55,071 bases of DNA from an uncultured Bacilli bacterium (GCA_944372455.1 CALVZF010000002.1:1-55071), one strand, 5' to 3'. Shown: positions 35,426 through 47,500, numbered from the stretch's first letter. The notes: generated by a model not told the origin, from the letters alone. A program made the numbers and translations.

Positions 35426-37822
35426 CTATTTAACTACTATATTTACTATTTTATTTTTTATTACAATAATTTTAACAATTGTTTTATCACAAGTATGTCT
35501 TTTAATATTTTCTTCAAGAAGCGCTAAATTTTTAATTTCTTCTTCAGTCATACGGTCATTTATTTTTATAGTTGCACGTACTTTACCGTTTACTTGAACT
35601 CCTATTTCTTTTTCTGTTTCAACTATTTTACTTTCATCAAAAGTTGGCCATGATTCATAGGCTATTGTATTATTGTGTCCTAAAACTTCTTTCCAAATTT
35701 CTTCTGTAATATGTGGCGCAATTGGATTTAAAAGTTTTATAAATCCTTCTAGATATTCTACTGGTATAGTAGTTTCTTTATATGCTGCATTAATGAATAT
35801 CATCATTTGGCTTATTGCAGTATTAAAGTTTAAACTTTCGTAATCTTGTGTTACTTTTTTAACAGTTTGATGATAGATTTTATCAAGATTTTTATTTGGA
35901 CCATATTGTTTATTTTCTTCTGTATATAATCTATATATTCTATCTAAAAATTTTTTAGCCCCTTCTACTCCTTTGGTACTCCATGGTTTGTCTGCTTCTA
36001 ATGGTCCCATAAACATTTCATAAAGTCTTAATGTATCTGCACCATAATCTCTTACTATATCGTTAGGATTAATTGCATATTCTGGGTATCTTTTACCCAT
36101 TTTAATTCCATTTTCACCTAATATCATACCTTGATGTACCAATTTTTTAAAAGGTTCTTTTACTGGAACAATTCCCTTATCATATAAATAATTATTCCAC
36201 ATTCTAGAATATAATAAATGCCCTACTGCATGTTCTGGTCCACCTATATATAAATCAACTGGCATCCAATGTTCTAATAATTTTTTATTGGCAATTTCTT
36301 TATCATTATCCGGATCAATATATCTTAAAAAATACCAACTAGATCCAGCACTTCCAGGCATAGTGGCAGTTTCTCTTAATGCTTTTTTACCATCAACTGT
36401 AATATTAACCCAATCAGTAGCTTTATTTAATGGTGAAGCGCCTGACTTACTTGGACTATAATCTTCTAATTCTGGCAAAATAAGTGGTAGTTCACTATCA
36501 GGTAAAGCTTTTATACTTCCGTCTTCATAGTGAACAACTGGAATTGGTTCCCCCCAATATCTTTGACGAGCAAAAATCCATTCTCTTAAACGATAATTAA
36601 TTTGTTTTTTACCTATTTTATTTTCTTCTAAATAATTAATCATTTTATCTATTGCTTCAGTTTTACCTAATCCATCTAAAAATGAAGAATTTATATGTAG
36701 TCCATCTTCAGTATAAGCTTCTTTTGTAATATCTCCACCTTCTAATACTGGAATAATTGGGATGTCAAACTTTTTAGCAAATTCATAATCTCTTTCATCA
36801 TGTGCAGGAACTGCCATAATTGCTCCTGTACCATAGGTTGATAAAACATAATCACTAATCCAAATTGGGATTTCTTTATTATTAACCGGATTAATTGCAT
36901 AAGCTCCTGTGAATACTCCAGTTTTTTCTTTATTTAAATCAGTTCTTTCTAATTCTGATTTAGAAGCACATTCTTGTTTATATTTTTCTATTTTGGATTT
37001 TTGTTCTTTAGTAGTAATTTGATCTACTAAAACGTGTTCTGGTGATAATACACAATAAGTAGCTCCAAATAAGGTATCACAACGTGTAGTAAAAACTACA
37101 AAAGACTTATCGGTATTAGCTACTTTAAAAGTAACTTCTGCCCCGATTGATTTACCAATCCAATTTCTTTGCATTTCTTTAGTAGATTCAGGCCAATCAA
37201 TTTCATTTAATCCTTCAAGTAACCTTTCTGCATATTTAGGTATATCAATTACCCATTGTTTCATATTTTTACGAACAACTGGGTATCCCCCTCTTTCGCT
37301 TTTTCCATCAATTATTTCATCATTTGCAAGTACTGTTCCTAATTCTTCACACCAATTTACAGGCATATCAATATATTTAGCTAAACCACTTTCAAATAAT
37401 CTTTTAAAAATCCATTGAGTCCATTTGTAAAATTTAGGATCACAAGTAGATACTTCTCTATCCCAATCGTAAGAAAAACCTAATAATTTTAGTTGTTCTT
37501 TGAAAGTCGCAATATTTTTTTTAGTAAATTCATCTGGGCGATTACCAGTTTTAATAGCGTATTGTTCAGCTGGTAATCCAAATGAATCAAATCCCATTGG
37601 ATGTAATACATTATAGCCTTGCATTCTTTTCATACGAGATACTATATCGGTTGCAGTATAGCCTTCTGGGTGTCCTGCATGTAATCCTACTCCTGATGGA
37701 TATGGAAACATATCTAGAGCGTAAAATTTAGGTTTACTAAAATCCCAAATATCAGTTTTAAATGTTTGATTTTCTTCCCAATACTTTTGCCATTTCTTTT
37801 CAATTTCTCTATAATTATACAT
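35426..37822 (-). CDS. leuS: Leucyl-tRNA synthetase
   Basis: Motifs [18 protein letters not shown] (HIGH) and KMGKRYP (KMSKS-type), plus the CP1 editing domain. 798 aa. Confidence 0.95.
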   Translation of the reverse strand: MYNYREIEKKWQKYWEENQTFKTDIWDFSKPKFYALDMFPYPSGVGLHAGHPEGYTATDIVSRMKRMQGYNVLHPMGFDSFGLPAEQYAIKTGNRPDEFTKKNIATFKEQLKLLGFSYDWDREVSTCDPKFYKWTQWIFKRLFESGLAKYIDMPVNWCEELGTVLANDEIIDGKSERGGYPVVRKNMKQWVIDIPKYAERLLEGLNEIDWPESTKEMQRNWIGKSIGAEVTFKVANTDKSFVVFTTRCDTLFGATYCVLSPEHVLVDQITTKEQKSKIEKYKQECASKSELERTDLNKEKTGVFTGAYAINPVNNKEIPIWISDYVLSTYGTGAIMAVPAHDERDYEFAKKFDIPIIPVLEGGDITKEAYTEDGLHINSSFLDGLGKTEAIDKMINYLEENKIGKKQINYRLREWIFARQRYWGEPIPVVHYEDGSIKALPDSELPLILPELEDYSPSKSGASPLNKATDWVNITVDGKKALRETATMPGSAGSSWYFLRYIDPDNDKEIANKKLLEHWMPVDLYIGGPEHAVGHLLYSRMWNNYLYDKGIVPVKEPFKKLVHQGMILGENGIKMGKRYPEYAINPNDIVRDYGADTLRLYEMFMGPLEADKPWSTKGVEGAKKFLDRIYRLYTEENKQYGPNKNLDKIYHQTVKKVTQDYESLNFNTAISQMMIFINAAYKETTIPVEYLEGFIKLLNPIAPHITEEIWKEVLGHNNTIAYESWPTFDESKIVETEKEIGVQVNGKVRATIKINDRMTEEEIKNLALLEENIKRHTCDKTIVKIIVIKNKIVNIVVK

Positions 37823-38174
37823 TTTTTGTCAATCCTTTCTTTTGATAATATTTACCAAGTAACATATAGAATATAAATATTAATGGAATTAATATAAAAA
37901 TAGAAATAAATATTTGCCAAAATACTCCATTTACTATTTGTACCATTACTAAAGTAAAAGCTAAAATAAAACTATTAATAAGCGCTACAGTATATAAATG
38001 TTTCTTATAATTAATATTAGCAAAATCTACTTTATAATTTGCAATTAGATATACCTCTTCAACTTTTAATTTCCTAGGATTAAATTTTTTGTTTTTTTTC
38101 TTTTTTATCACAAATATAAAATAAACTAAGAAAAAAATTATAAAAAATATTAAAAATTCTAATAAATAAATCAT
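37815..38174 (-). CDS. Small membrane protein (three TM segments and a Lys-rich loop) between the T-box leader and leuS
   Basis: RBS GGAGG (38181-38185 on the reverse strand). Its stop overlaps the leuS start by 8 nt. Confidence 0.5.
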   Translation of the reverse strand: MIYLLEFLIFFIIFFLVYFIFVIKKKKNKKFNPRKLKVEEVYLIANYKVDFANINYKKHLYTVALINSFILAFTLVMVQIVNGVFWQIFISIFILIPLIFIFYMLLGKYYQKKGLTKNV

Positions 38175-38185
38175 GAAACACCTCC

Positions 38186-38395
38186 ATAAAAAAAATCTAT
38201 TACTTCCTAATAAGGACGAAATAGATTCCGCGGTACCACCTTAATTCACATTTAATGTGCACTCAAATATTTAACGCTATTAACGTTGTCTTACTTTTTG
38301 AAACAAGTTCATAAATCTTTTAAATTAGTTTTCACCAACCACTAACTCTCTTAATTAAAAAAATTTATTACTACTTTTCAAAGACAATAAAAATA
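38186..38395 (-). promoter_or_regulatory. T-box leader (Leu; specifier CUU) with terminator/antiterminator
   Basis: On the reverse strand: an AGAGAG stem I motif, a specifier loop ..GAA-CUU-G (plus-strand AAG at 38305-38307), the T-box AATTAAGGTGGTACCGCGG (38228-38240 region), and the terminator AATCTATT..AATAGATTTTTTTT. Confidence 0.8.
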
Positions 38396-38507
38396 AATTA
38401 TAAATATAGTATATATAGCATTTAATAATTTGTCAATTAATTTTATAAGTATTTTAACTAAATATAATTACTGTTTAAAAAGTGTTATAATATTAATTGG
38501 TGATTTT

Positions 38508-39989
38508 ATGAATTTATTTAAATATACTTTAGATAATAAAAGATACCATACCTTAAATTATGAATACAAGAAAAAATTTGGCTGTAAAGTTTTTAAAGTA
38601 AGTTTAAATGGAAATTTTACCTGTCCTAATATAGATGGTACAGTAGGATATGGAGGCTGTATTTATTGTTCAAAAAACGGTAGTGGTGAATTTGCTGGTG
38701 ATAAGACTAAAGATTTAGTCACACAATTTAACGAAGTAAAAAATATATTGGAAAAAAAGTGGCCTAATAGTAAATATATTGGATATTTTCAAGCAAATAC
38801 TAATACTTATGCACCCTTAAAAGTTTTAAAAGAAAAATATGAAACTATATTAAAATTACCAAATGTTATTGGTCTTTCAATTTCTACAAGACCAGATGCA
38901 ATTAGTGATGAAGTTTTAGATTATTTAGCTGATTTAAATAAAAAAACCTTTTTAACTATAGAATTAGGGCTTCAAACTATTCACCCTACCACTTCTAAGC
39001 TCATTAATAGATGTCATACTTTAGAATGTTTTGATAATATGGTTAAAAAATTACATAGTAGAAAAATAAATACTGTAGTACATATAATAAATGGACTTCC
39101 CTTTGAAACTAAAGAAATGATGTTAGATACTATTAGACATTTAAATAAACTACCTATTGATGGAATCAAAATTCACATGCTTCATATTTTAAAAAATACT
39201 CCACTAGAAACTTTTTATAAAAAAACTAAATTTCATGTTTTAAAAAAGGAAGAGTATGTAGATATAGTTTGTGATCAACTAGAACTTTTAAAAGATAATA
39301 TAGTTATCCATAGAATTACTGGTGATCCTAAAAGTGAAGATTTAGTTGAACCAGAATGGCTAGTTAAAAAGTTTGGGGTTTTAAATGAAATAGACAAAGA
39401 ATTAGAAAAAAGAAATACTTTCCAAGGATTTAATATATCAGTTTTAAATATGGTAAGAAAATTAGCTATTCAGACTGTCAAATCTAAAGATTTAGTAATA
39501 GACGCTACTGCTGGAAATGGAAATGATACTTTGTTTTTAGCTAACTTAGTACCTTATGGGAAAGTATTTGCTTTTGATATTCAAAAAGAAGCAATACATA
39601 ATACTAAAAAACTTTTAAATAAAAATAATGTTAATAATGTTATCCTCTATAATCATTCCCATGATAAATTTAACCTATTTTTAAAAGATTATCAAAATAG
39701 AATAAGTTTTATAGTATACAATTTAGGTTATTTACCTAGAGGAAATGAACAAATTACTACTAACTATAAAACTACTATCAATTCTCTTAGACAAGCTTTA
39801 AATTTAATAAATAAAAAAGGAGTTATTGTTCTAACTATTTATACTGGTCATGATAATGGTTTAGAAAGTCAAAAAATAAAAGAGTATTTAGAAACTATTA
39901 AAGATGAATATAATATTTTTGAATTTCATAATACTTGCGATGTAAAATCTCCTTATGTTATTTATATAAAACAAAAGAAAACAGTTTAA
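38508..39989 (+). CDS. Fusion of a TIGR01212-type radical SAM protein (YtqA-like) with a YtqB/MnmM-like SAM-dependent methyltransferase
   Basis: N-terminal part: FKVSLNGNFTCPNIDGTVGYGGCIYCS, then a TIM-barrel radical SAM body. C-terminal part: DLVIDATAGNGNDTLFLANL..GKVFAFDIQKEAI and YNLGYLPRG. ATG 38508 is chosen as the start. Confidence 0.75.
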   Translation: MNLFKYTLDNKRYHTLNYEYKKKFGCKVFKVSLNGNFTCPNIDGTVGYGGCIYCSKNGSGEFAGDKTKDLVTQFNEVKNILEKKWPNSKYIGYFQANTNTYAPLKVLKEKYETILKLPNVIGLSISTRPDAISDEVLDYLADLNKKTFLTIELGLQTIHPTTSKLINRCHTLECFDNMVKKLHSRKINTVVHIINGLPFETKEMMLDTIRHLNKLPIDGIKIHMLHILKNTPLETFYKKTKFHVLKKEEYVDIVCDQLELLKDNIVIHRITGDPKSEDLVEPEWLVKKFGVLNEIDKELEKRNTFQGFNISVLNMVRKLAIQTVKSKDLVIDATAGNGNDTLFLANLVPYGKVFAFDIQKEAIHNTKKLLNKNNVNNVILYNHSHDKFNLFLKDYQNRISFIVYNLGYLPRGNEQITTNYKTTINSLRQALNLINKKGVIVLTIYTGHDNGLESQKIKEYLETIKDEYNIFEFHNTCDVKSPYVIYIKQKKTV

Positions 39990-40041
39990 TAACCATAATA
40001 TTTATGATAAAATTATTATTAGAAAGTGAATGTGATACTTT

Positions 40042-41046
40042 ATGAAAACAATACTTACTGGAATTAGACCTACAGGACCATTACACTTAGGTCATTACTT
40101 TGGAGCAGTAAAAAATTGGGTAAAATTACAAGATGAATATAATACTTTTATTGAAATTGCCGATGTACAAGCTCTAACTGATAATTTTAATAATCCTGAA
40201 AAAGTAAGAAAAAACGTAAGAGAATTAGCAATAGATTTACTTGCTTCAGGAATTGATCCAAACAAGGCTACTATTTTTATTCAATCTATGGTTCCAGAAA
40301 TTGCAGAACTTACTATCTATTTTTCAAATCTAGTAACTGTTTCTAGATTACAAAGAAACCCTACAATTAAAACTGAAATTAAACAAAAAAAGGAATTATT
40401 TGGTAATTCTGGAGAAAGTGTTACTTATGGATTCTTAGGATACCCTGTAAGTCAAGCTGCAGATATTACTTTATTTGGAGGAGAAGTAATTCCTGTTGGA
40501 GAAGATCAGTTACCATTAGTTGAACAAACAAGAGAAATAGTAAGAAAATTTAATAGTATTTATGGAGAAACCTTTAAAGAACCAGAAGCACTCCTTAGTA
40601 ATGTTACTAGATTAAAAGGATTAGATGGTAATGAAAAAATGGGAAAAAGTTTAGGTAATGCTATTAATTTAACTGATGACATAAATGAAATTAAAAGAAA
40701 AATTATGGGAGCGGTTACAGATCCAGATAAAATTAAAAAAGATGATAAAGCAAATCCTGAGGTATGTATGGTCTACTATTATCACAAGTTAGTTAGTAAA
40801 GATAATTTAGATACTATAAAAAAAGAATGCCAAAATGGACATCGTGGATGTGTTGATTGTAAAAAAGAATTAATTAAAAATATGGAGGAATTTTTAAAAC
40901 CGATCCAAGAAAGAAGAAAATATTATGAAGAACATGAAGAAATAGTAGATAAAATTTTAATAGATGGTACTGTAAAAGCAAGAATGATAGCTATGGAAAC
41001 AATTGCCAAAGTAAAAAAACAAATGCAAATAGATTACTTTAATTAG
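40042..41046 (+). CDS. trpS: Tryptophanyl-tRNA synthetase
   Basis: TGIRPTGPLHLGHYFGA (HIGH-type), KMGKSLGN (KMSKS), 334 aa. No room for a leader of its own, as only 52 nt separate it from the upstream gene. Confidence 0.75.
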   Translation: MKTILTGIRPTGPLHLGHYFGAVKNWVKLQDEYNTFIEIADVQALTDNFNNPEKVRKNVRELAIDLLASGIDPNKATIFIQSMVPEIAELTIYFSNLVTVSRLQRNPTIKTEIKQKKELFGNSGESVTYGFLGYPVSQAADITLFGGEVIPVGEDQLPLVEQTREIVRKFNSIYGETFKEPEALLSNVTRLKGLDGNEKMGKSLGNAINLTDDINEIKRKIMGAVTDPDKIKKDDKANPEVCMVYYYHKLVSKDNLDTIKKECQNGHRGCVDCKKELIKNMEEFLKPIQERRKYYEEHEEIVDKILIDGTVKARMIAMETIAKVKKQMQIDYFN

Positions 41047-41055
41047 TAATCTATT

Positions 41056-41712
41056 TTATATTTGTTTATTTTTATTTGAAAGTTTAATTAACTCGTAAAG
41101 TTTAATATGTTTTTTATTAAATTCTTCTTTACTAATATTTTTTAAATTTTCTATAACTTCATTTATATCGGGTTCTTTTTTATTAAACCATTCATAATAT
41201 AAATAACTTAATTTATTAAAATTTTTTCTTTTTAATAATAGTTTTATTTCATTATCAATATAATCAAGTATTTCTAATTGAAATCTAGTTTCAAAATGAT
41301 AAGGATTATTATTTAACTTTACTACTTCATAATTTATTTCAAATAAATCTAATAACTCGCTTTCATCTAAAGTATCTTCATATTCATCTAAAAGCATACT
41401 ACTTTTTAAATAGCCTACTCCTTCACTATCAAATTCTATTATTACTAAATCCATTCCATCTGTAAATATCGCACAATACTCAATTACTCCTACTTCAGTA
41501 TTAGTAAAAATTTCAGTTTTATTTTTGATTTTCTCTAGAAAAAGTTTATCAACTTTCACAATATTATTTTTAAAATCTAGAAAATCATTTGTATTAATTT
41601 TGAAAATAGGAATTTTCCTTAAATGTTCTATATTATCTTCTTTATCCCATTCAAAAAATTCGTATAATGTTTTTGAACTAAAATTAACTAAAATATCATA
41701 AATGTATCCCAT
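41056..41712 (-). CDS. Hypothetical cytoplasmic protein
   Basis: Long ORF with no motif I recognise. Overlaps the upstream small membrane ORF by 17 nt. Confidence 0.4.
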   Translation of the reverse strand: MGYIYDILVNFSSKTLYEFFEWDKEDNIEHLRKIPIFKINTNDFLDFKNNIVKVDKLFLEKIKNKTEIFTNTEVGVIEYCAIFTDGMDLVIIEFDSEGVGYLKSSMLLDEYEDTLDESELLDLFEINYEVVKLNNNPYHFETRFQLEILDYIDNEIKLLLKRKNFNKLSYLYYEWFNKKEPDINEVIENLKNISKEEFNKKHIKLYELIKLSNKNKQI

Positions 41713-41920
41713 ATTTTTTTCCTCCTGGTAATATGATTGTAAGAAAAATTATAATTAATCCTAAAATTAAATAATACATTTCAGGTCTTCTAATTATAAA
41801 ATTAACATATTCTAAAAAAGTATACCCTGTTGTAATTAAATTTAAATATAAAATTAAAAAAGAGGCTCCAATTACTGAAAGTCCAAAACCAAATAAAAAA
41901 ATAAAAATTCGCGCAAACAT
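41696..41920 (-). CDS. Small two-TM membrane protein
   Basis: 74 aa with two hydrophobic helices. Confidence 0.4.
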   Translation of the reverse strand: MFARIFIFLFGFGLSVIGASFLILYLNLITTGYTFLEYVNFIIRRPEMYYLILGLIIIFLTIILPGGKKYGIHL

Positions 41921-41979
41921 ATTACCACCTAATAAATTTTATTTAAAAAATTAAAAAAATATTAGGAATTCTCTAATAT

Positions 41980-42825
41980 TTATAAAAACATTTTATACGG
42001 TTTTAAATAACCTAGATTTAATTTGTAAATTGCTATAATTTTATCATCATATTCAAACATTATCATTTCTTCATTATAAATATTTTCTAATATAACTCCA
42101 TTAGTAACTTTTTTTAACAAGTTTTCATCTGCTATTTTAACTATTTTATAATCCAATACTTCTCTTATATCTAATAACTTATAACTACCACTTTCAATAT
42201 CAGAAATTTTATAACATTTATCAATACTAAATTTTCCTTGTTTAGTTCTTATTAATCCACTCATAGTTAATGGAATTCCTAGTTTATTTCCAATATCATT
42301 TATGAGACTTCTAATATAAGTTCCTTTAGATACTAAAACTTTAAACTTAAAATAATCCTCTTTTTTTTCTAAAAGTTCTATACTTTTAATTTCTACTTCT
42401 CTTTTTGGAAGAATGACATCTTCATTTTTTCTAGCATATTCATATAACTTTTTACCATTTATTTTAACTGCCGAATATAATGGTACTTCTTGTAAGTATT
42501 TTCCCTTAAAAGAGCTTAAAACTCTTTTTAGATCTAATATATCTATTTTAGCATTTTTAGTTTCTATAACTTTGCCAGTAATATCTAAAGTATCTGTTCT
42601 AACACCAATTTTAACAGTAGCTATGTATTCTTTTTCATAACTAGTAATAAGATCTACTAGTTTGGTATATCTTCCTATACAAAGTACTAAAACCCCTGTA
42701 GCAAGAGGATCTAAAGTTCCAGTATGACCAATTTTTTTAGTATTAAGAATTTTAGATACCTTATTTACTACATCTCTACTAGTAATTCCACTCGGTTTAT
42801 CTATTAACAAAATTCCATCTTTCAT
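41980..42825 (-). CDS. truB: tRNA pseudouridine-55 synthase
   Basis: GILLIDKPSGITSRDVV...IGHTGTLDPLATGVL contains the catalytic Asp motif. The start is taken at ATG 42825. Confidence 0.9.
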   Translation of the reverse strand: MKDGILLIDKPSGITSRDVVNKVSKILNTKKIGHTGTLDPLATGVLVLCIGRYTKLVDLITSYEKEYIATVKIGVRTDTLDITGKVIETKNAKIDILDLKRVLSSFKGKYLQEVPLYSAVKINGKKLYEYARKNEDVILPKREVEIKSIELLEKKEDYFKFKVLVSKGTYIRSLINDIGNKLGIPLTMSGLIRTKQGKFSIDKCYKISDIESGSYKLLDIREVLDYKIVKIADENLLKKVTNGVILENIYNEEMIMFEYDDKIIAIYKLNLGYLKPYKMFL

Positions 42826-42883
42826 ATAAACCACCAACAAAATTTTATCATAACAAAAGAAAAAATAAAACCAAAGTTTGATT

Positions 42884-43333
42884 TTATTCTTCACTTAATT
42901 TTTGTTTAACAATACTACTAACCATTCCCATATCTGCCTTTCCTTTTAGAATAGGTGTTAACTCTTTCATCAAAATTCCCATTTGTTTACTACTTTCAAT
43001 TTTTAATTCACTAATTTTTTGATCAACTATTTCTTCTACTTCACTACTATCTAATTGTTCTGGCATATATCTATTTAAAATAGATATTTCTGAATTATTT
43101 TTATCAATTAAATCTTGTCTATTACCTTTTTCAAATTCATTATTAGCGTCTTTTCTTTGTTTGATTTGTTTACTTATAACACCTACTACTTCGTCATCAG
43201 TTAATTCTCTTTTTTTACTTATTTCTTCTAATTGGATTGCGCCTTTAACCATTCTAACAACAGCTAAAGTTTCTTTATCTTTATTTTTCATAGATTCTTT
43301 AATATCATTTAAAATTCGTTCTCTTAAACTCAT
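42884..43333 (-). CDS. GatB/YqeY-domain protein
   Basis: The sequence LRERILNDIKESMKNKDKETLAVVRMVKGAIQ..E..KR and the 149-aa length are typical of YqeY. Confidence 0.8.
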   Translation of the reverse strand: MSLRERILNDIKESMKNKDKETLAVVRMVKGAIQLEEISKKRELTDDEVVGVISKQIKQRKDANNEFEKGNRQDLIDKNNSEISILNRYMPEQLDSSEVEEIVDQKISELKIESSKQMGILMKELTPILKGKADMGMVSSIVKQKLSEE

Positions 43334-43348
43334 ACATATCTTTCCTTT

Positions 43349-45868
43349 CTATATTTCAAAATCATCTAAAAAATCATCAATAGTCATCATTTTATCATCT
43401 ATACTTTTTAATGAAACTTCTTCTTGCTTTTTTGAATTTTTATGTTCTATTTTATCACTAGTTTCTATCTCTTCTTTTTTCAATAATTCTAATTTTATAA
43501 AAGCATCATCAAATCCATTTTTATTTATTACTGACCCTACACTATATCTATCCATGATTGGAATTTCAGTAAGTTTTACTTCTCTTATATCTTCATCTCT
43601 TTTAAGTCCTAAATATTGTTTTGAATCAATTACAAAACTTTTTATAATATTTTGAGGATTGGATTTTACTTCTTTTAATATTAATAGACCTCTTGAAGCT
43701 CTTCTTCCTTTTTCTAAATCAGTTAATTTAATTCTTTTTGAATGACCTTTATCAGTTACGATTGTAACATATTCTTTATTTTTAAATGTTGAACCACTAA
43801 CTACATAATTATCTTTTAAGTTAATTGATTTAACTCCTGAAGCTTTAACTCCAACTATTGGAATACTATCTATGTCGTACCATAATCCATACCCTGTATT
43901 TGTACTTATAAATACTTCATCATTATCGTTACTAATATCTACACTTACTACTAAATCATCACCTTTAAGCTTAATTGTAGAGATTGGCTTAGAGTATCTT
44001 TGTACTTGATAATCAGCTAAATTACTTCTTTTTACCATTCCATTTTTGGTAAATATTGTAATATAAGCATTGATTTTAAAATCATAAGCTGGGATTGAAG
44101 CAATAATATTTTCGTTTGCTTTGATATCTATTATATTACTTACATGTTTACCCAATTCTTTCCATTTTACATCTGGTAATTCATGGACTGGAATGTGTAA
44201 ATAGTTACCTTGATCAGTAAATAATAATAGTGTATCTAAAGTATTCATTTCATATAATCCTATTACATAGTCTCCCTTTTTTACTACTGTTTCTTCTTCA
44301 CTTGAAGCAGCATAGCTTTTTTTAGAAACTTTTTTAACATATCCTTCTTTAGTTACAACTACTATTACGTCTTCTTTAGGAATAAGAGATGTGGTATCAA
44401 TCTTTATTTCTGTTATTTCCGCTTTAATATCAGTTTTTCTATCAATTCCATATTCTTTTTTAGTAGCTCTAAGTTCAGTTTTTATTACATCAAATAATTT
44501 ATTTTCATCACTTAATATAGTTGTCAAAGCATTTATAATAATGTTAAGATTTTTTAATTCTTCTTGTAATTCAAGAATATCCGTATTAGTTAATCTATAT
44601 AGTTGTAACATTACGATTGACTTAGCTTGTATTTCAGTAAATTCAAAATTTATTACTAAATTCTTTTCTGCATCTGCTTTATTTTTACTTTTTCTAATTA
44701 CTTCTATCACTTGATCTAATATAGATAGCATTTTCATAAAGCCTTCTACAATATGAAGACGTGCTTTAGCGTGTTCTAAGTCAAACTCACTTCTTCTTTT
44801 TACCACTTCTTTTTGATGTGCAATATAAGCATCTAAAATTTTGATTATGCCAAGTAGTTTAGGACGTCTATTAATTATTGCGACCATGTTGTAATTGTAA
44901 CTAATTTGTAATTCTGTGTTTTTAAGTAAATAATTTAATACTAATTCTTTATTGCATCCTTTTTTTAAGTCTATTACAATTCTAAGTCCTTCTCTATCCG
45001 ATTCATCTCTAACCTCTAATATTCCATCTATTTTCTTTTCTATTCTTATTTCATCTATTTTTCTTACAAGTTGCGATTTATTGACTTCAAATGGAATTTC
45101 AGTAACTATAATTTGGTCTTTTATTATTTCTACTCTACTTTTAAGAATTATTTTTCCTTTACCCGTTTCAAATGCTTCTTTTATACCTTTTAATCCTTCC
45201 ACTATTCCACCAGTTGGAAAATCAGGCCCTTTTACTATTTCCATAATTTTATCTAAAGTACAATTTTTATGATCAATTCTATAAATTGCGGCATCTATAA
45301 TTTCTTTTAGGTTATGAGGAGGAATATTAGTAGCATATCCTGCACTTATTCCACTTGAACCATTAACTAATAAATTAGGAAATTTAGCGGGTAGAACTGT
45401 AGGTTCCATTTCTGTATCGTCATAATTAGGCGCAAATTCTACTACATTTTTATCTATATCTTTTAATAACTCGCTACTAATTTTTGCTAAACGGGCTTCA
45501 GTATAACGCATTGCAGCTGGTGGATCACCATCCATTGATCCATTGTTTCCGTGCATATCTATATAAACGGCATTTTGTTTCCACCATTGACTCATACGAA
45601 CCATTGCATCATATATACTTGAATCTCCGTGTGGATGAAATTGTCCCATTACATTACCAACGGTTTTCGCACTTTTTTTATAAGGTTTATCATAAGTATT
45701 TTTATCTTTATACATAGAAAATAAAATTCTTCTTTGTACAGGTTTTAGTCCATCTCTTACATCTGGAAGCGCTCTATCTTGGATAATAGTTTTAGCATAT
45801 CTTCCAAATCGTTTACCCATGATTTCTTCTAGGGAATATTCAAAAATTCTGTCTGTTATGTTTGCCAT
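43349..45868 (-). CDS. parC: DNA topoisomerase IV subunit A (type IIA topoisomerase A subunit)
   Basis: [43 protein letters not shown] is ParC-like rather than GyrA-like. AAMRYTE holds the catalytic Tyr. No parE or gyrB partner is adjacent. Confidence 0.8.
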   Translation of the reverse strand: MANITDRIFEYSLEEIMGKRFGRYAKTIIQDRALPDVRDGLKPVQRRILFSMYKDKNTYDKPYKKSAKTVGNVMGQFHPHGDSSIYDAMVRMSQWWKQNAVYIDMHGNNGSMDGDPPAAMRYTEARLAKISSELLKDIDKNVVEFAPNYDDTEMEPTVLPAKFPNLLVNGSSGISAGYATNIPPHNLKEIIDAAIYRIDHKNCTLDKIMEIVKGPDFPTGGIVEGLKGIKEAFETGKGKIILKSRVEIIKDQIIVTEIPFEVNKSQLVRKIDEIRIEKKIDGILEVRDESDREGLRIVIDLKKGCNKELVLNYLLKNTELQISYNYNMVAIINRRPKLLGIIKILDAYIAHQKEVVKRRSEFDLEHAKARLHIVEGFMKMLSILDQVIEVIRKSKNKADAEKNLVINFEFTEIQAKSIVMLQLYRLTNTDILELQEELKNLNIIINALTTILSDENKLFDVIKTELRATKKEYGIDRKTDIKAEITEIKIDTTSLIPKEDVIVVVTKEGYVKKVSKKSYAASSEEETVVKKGDYVIGLYEMNTLDTLLLFTDQGNYLHIPVHELPDVKWKELGKHVSNIIDIKANENIIASIPAYDFKINAYITIFTKNGMVKRSNLADYQVQRYSKPISTIKLKGDDLVVSVDISNDNDEVFISTNTGYGLWYDIDSIPIVGVKASGVKSINLKDNYVVSGSTFKNKEYVTIVTDKGHSKRIKLTDLEKGRRASRGLLILKEVKSNPQNIIKSFVIDSKQYLGLKRDEDIREVKLTEIPIMDRYSVGSVINKNGFDDAFIKLELLKKEEIETSDKIEHKNSKKQEEVSLKSIDDKMMTIDDFLDDFEI

Positions 45869-45936
45869 ATTTATCACCATATCAATTATAACACAAAAAA
45901 AGCAAGTTACAAAACTTGCTTTTGATTAATTAAACA

Positions 45937-47382
45937 TTATTTTTTTTCACCAATCAAAGTATATCCATCATTTATAAGATCTCTATCATTTGCTGAAGTT
46001 GAATATTTAAAAGTTCTACGTGAATATTTATATTCAGTTACTCTTTCTTCATCTATTTCAGTCCATCTAACTGTAAACTTGATTGGAACAATATATGAAT
46101 CATAATTTCCACCAATTATATTATTGTTATAATAACTGATTGGAACAATCCATCTACTACCACTACGATATATTGATAATCTGTTATAAGTAAATCTAGC
46201 TATTGGAGTGCTGTAAATATCTCTATCTTGAATTATATTTGCAGTAGTTCTAGAAGGACAACCAGATCCTACTACTTGAATATCACAACTATATCTATTA
46301 TTTACATAACTTCTTAAATCACTTGAACCTGAAATTTTTGAAGATGATGAAATACGTACATCTCTAGCATTTGAAGGAATATCGTTTATGTATAAGTCAT
46401 AACTATGAGAAGAAGTTTGACCAAAGATCCAACTTACTGTTCTATAAGTTTTTGATCTTGATATTTCATCTTCGTCATAAGTAGTTCTCGTATCTGCAAT
46501 TTTTAAATTTTCATTAGTAGATAATCTATTTCTAGTCCAACTACTATCAGTAGTCCACTTAGCGTATTCATAAATTTTAGTATCCTCATTAGCCCATTGT
46601 GCATGTAAAGTCATATTACTATTAACGGGATTTCCAAAGTTATATGCATAACTACATGATGAATCGCTATCTTTAGTACTCCAACATAAGAATTTATAAC
46701 CATTTCTGTAAGTTGAAGGACTATTAACAATTGAACCTTTTGGAATAGTTTGACTATTTACTTTTGAACCACCATTTGAATCAAATGAAACAGTAACATA
46801 ACTTACATTTTGACTACCAGAACCACCATTATTATTTGTTTTATTATTTGTTGATTGAGTATATACTACTTTAGTAGTAGCAGTCTTAGTTCCTGCTGGA
46901 CTTGGAGTAGCTACACAACCTGGACAAACACTTGTACATCCAATTGTTTCTATAATGTAGTCTTTTTTATCACTACATGATAAATTAACTTTCATAGTAT
47001 ATTCAGTTGAAGAAATTCTTGTAACTTCAACATATGAATCATTAGTATCACATGTTTTTCCATTTGCATCTACAAAAGGAGCAACCATTTTTTTATTAAG
47101 CATTTCTTGTAAAGTCATTTTATCAGTATCACCATTATTTTTAGGTAATCTATCTATTGTATAATATGATCTTGCTGCTTCTTTCATAGAAGTAATATTA
47201 TCATTAAATATACCTGCAAATAAAGGTTCTAATTCTGTTTTGTCAACCTTTACTTTAACGTCACTTAAATCTACTTTAGGAGCTGGATAAAGCCACATAA
47301 ATAGAAATAGAAATAGAAACATATAAAGTAATTTTATAACGAAATCTTTTATAAATGAGTTTTTCTTTTCTTCTTCGTACAT
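45937..47382 (-). CDS. Membrane-anchored protein with a Listeria-Bacteroides (Flg_new) repeat
   Basis: N-terminal TM. VTVSFDSNGGSKVNSQTIPKGSIVNSPSTYRNGYKFLCWST...NSNMTLHAQW matches the repeat consensus. RBS AGAGGGGGA. Confidence 0.55.
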   Translation of the reverse strand: MYEEEKKNSFIKDFVIKLLYMFLFLFLFMWLYPAPKVDLSDVKVKVDKTELEPLFAGIFNDNITSMKEAARSYYTIDRLPKNNGDTDKMTLQEMLNKKMVAPFVDANGKTCDTNDSYVEVTRISSTEYTMKVNLSCSDKKDYIIETIGCTSVCPGCVATPSPAGTKTATTKVVYTQSTNNKTNNNGGSGSQNVSYVTVSFDSNGGSKVNSQTIPKGSIVNSPSTYRNGYKFLCWSTKDSDSSCSYAYNFGNPVNSNMTLHAQWANEDTKIYEYAKWTTDSSWTRNRLSTNENLKIADTRTTYDEDEISRSKTYRTVSWIFGQTSSHSYDLYINDIPSNARDVRISSSSKISGSSDLRSYVNNRYSCDIQVVGSGCPSRTTANIIQDRDIYSTPIARFTYNRLSIYRSGSRWIVPISYYNNNIIGGNYDSYIVPIKFTVRWTEIDEERVTEYKYSRRTFKYSTSANDRDLINDGYTLIGEKK

Positions 47383-47500
47383 AAAAATTCCCCCTCTTTT
47401 TAAGTGCTTTGTATTATAACACTGAAGAAATTGTTTGTCAATAGTAATTAATCAATTTATTTCTTCCTTTTTAGACAAGTAAATTGTACCATAAAATAAG

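Noticed and set aside
39990-40041. An expected T-box or other leader upstream of trpS.
   Set aside because: Only 52 nt separate trpS from the upstream gene. That is too short for a T-box, and no GGTGGTACCGCG-like box is present.
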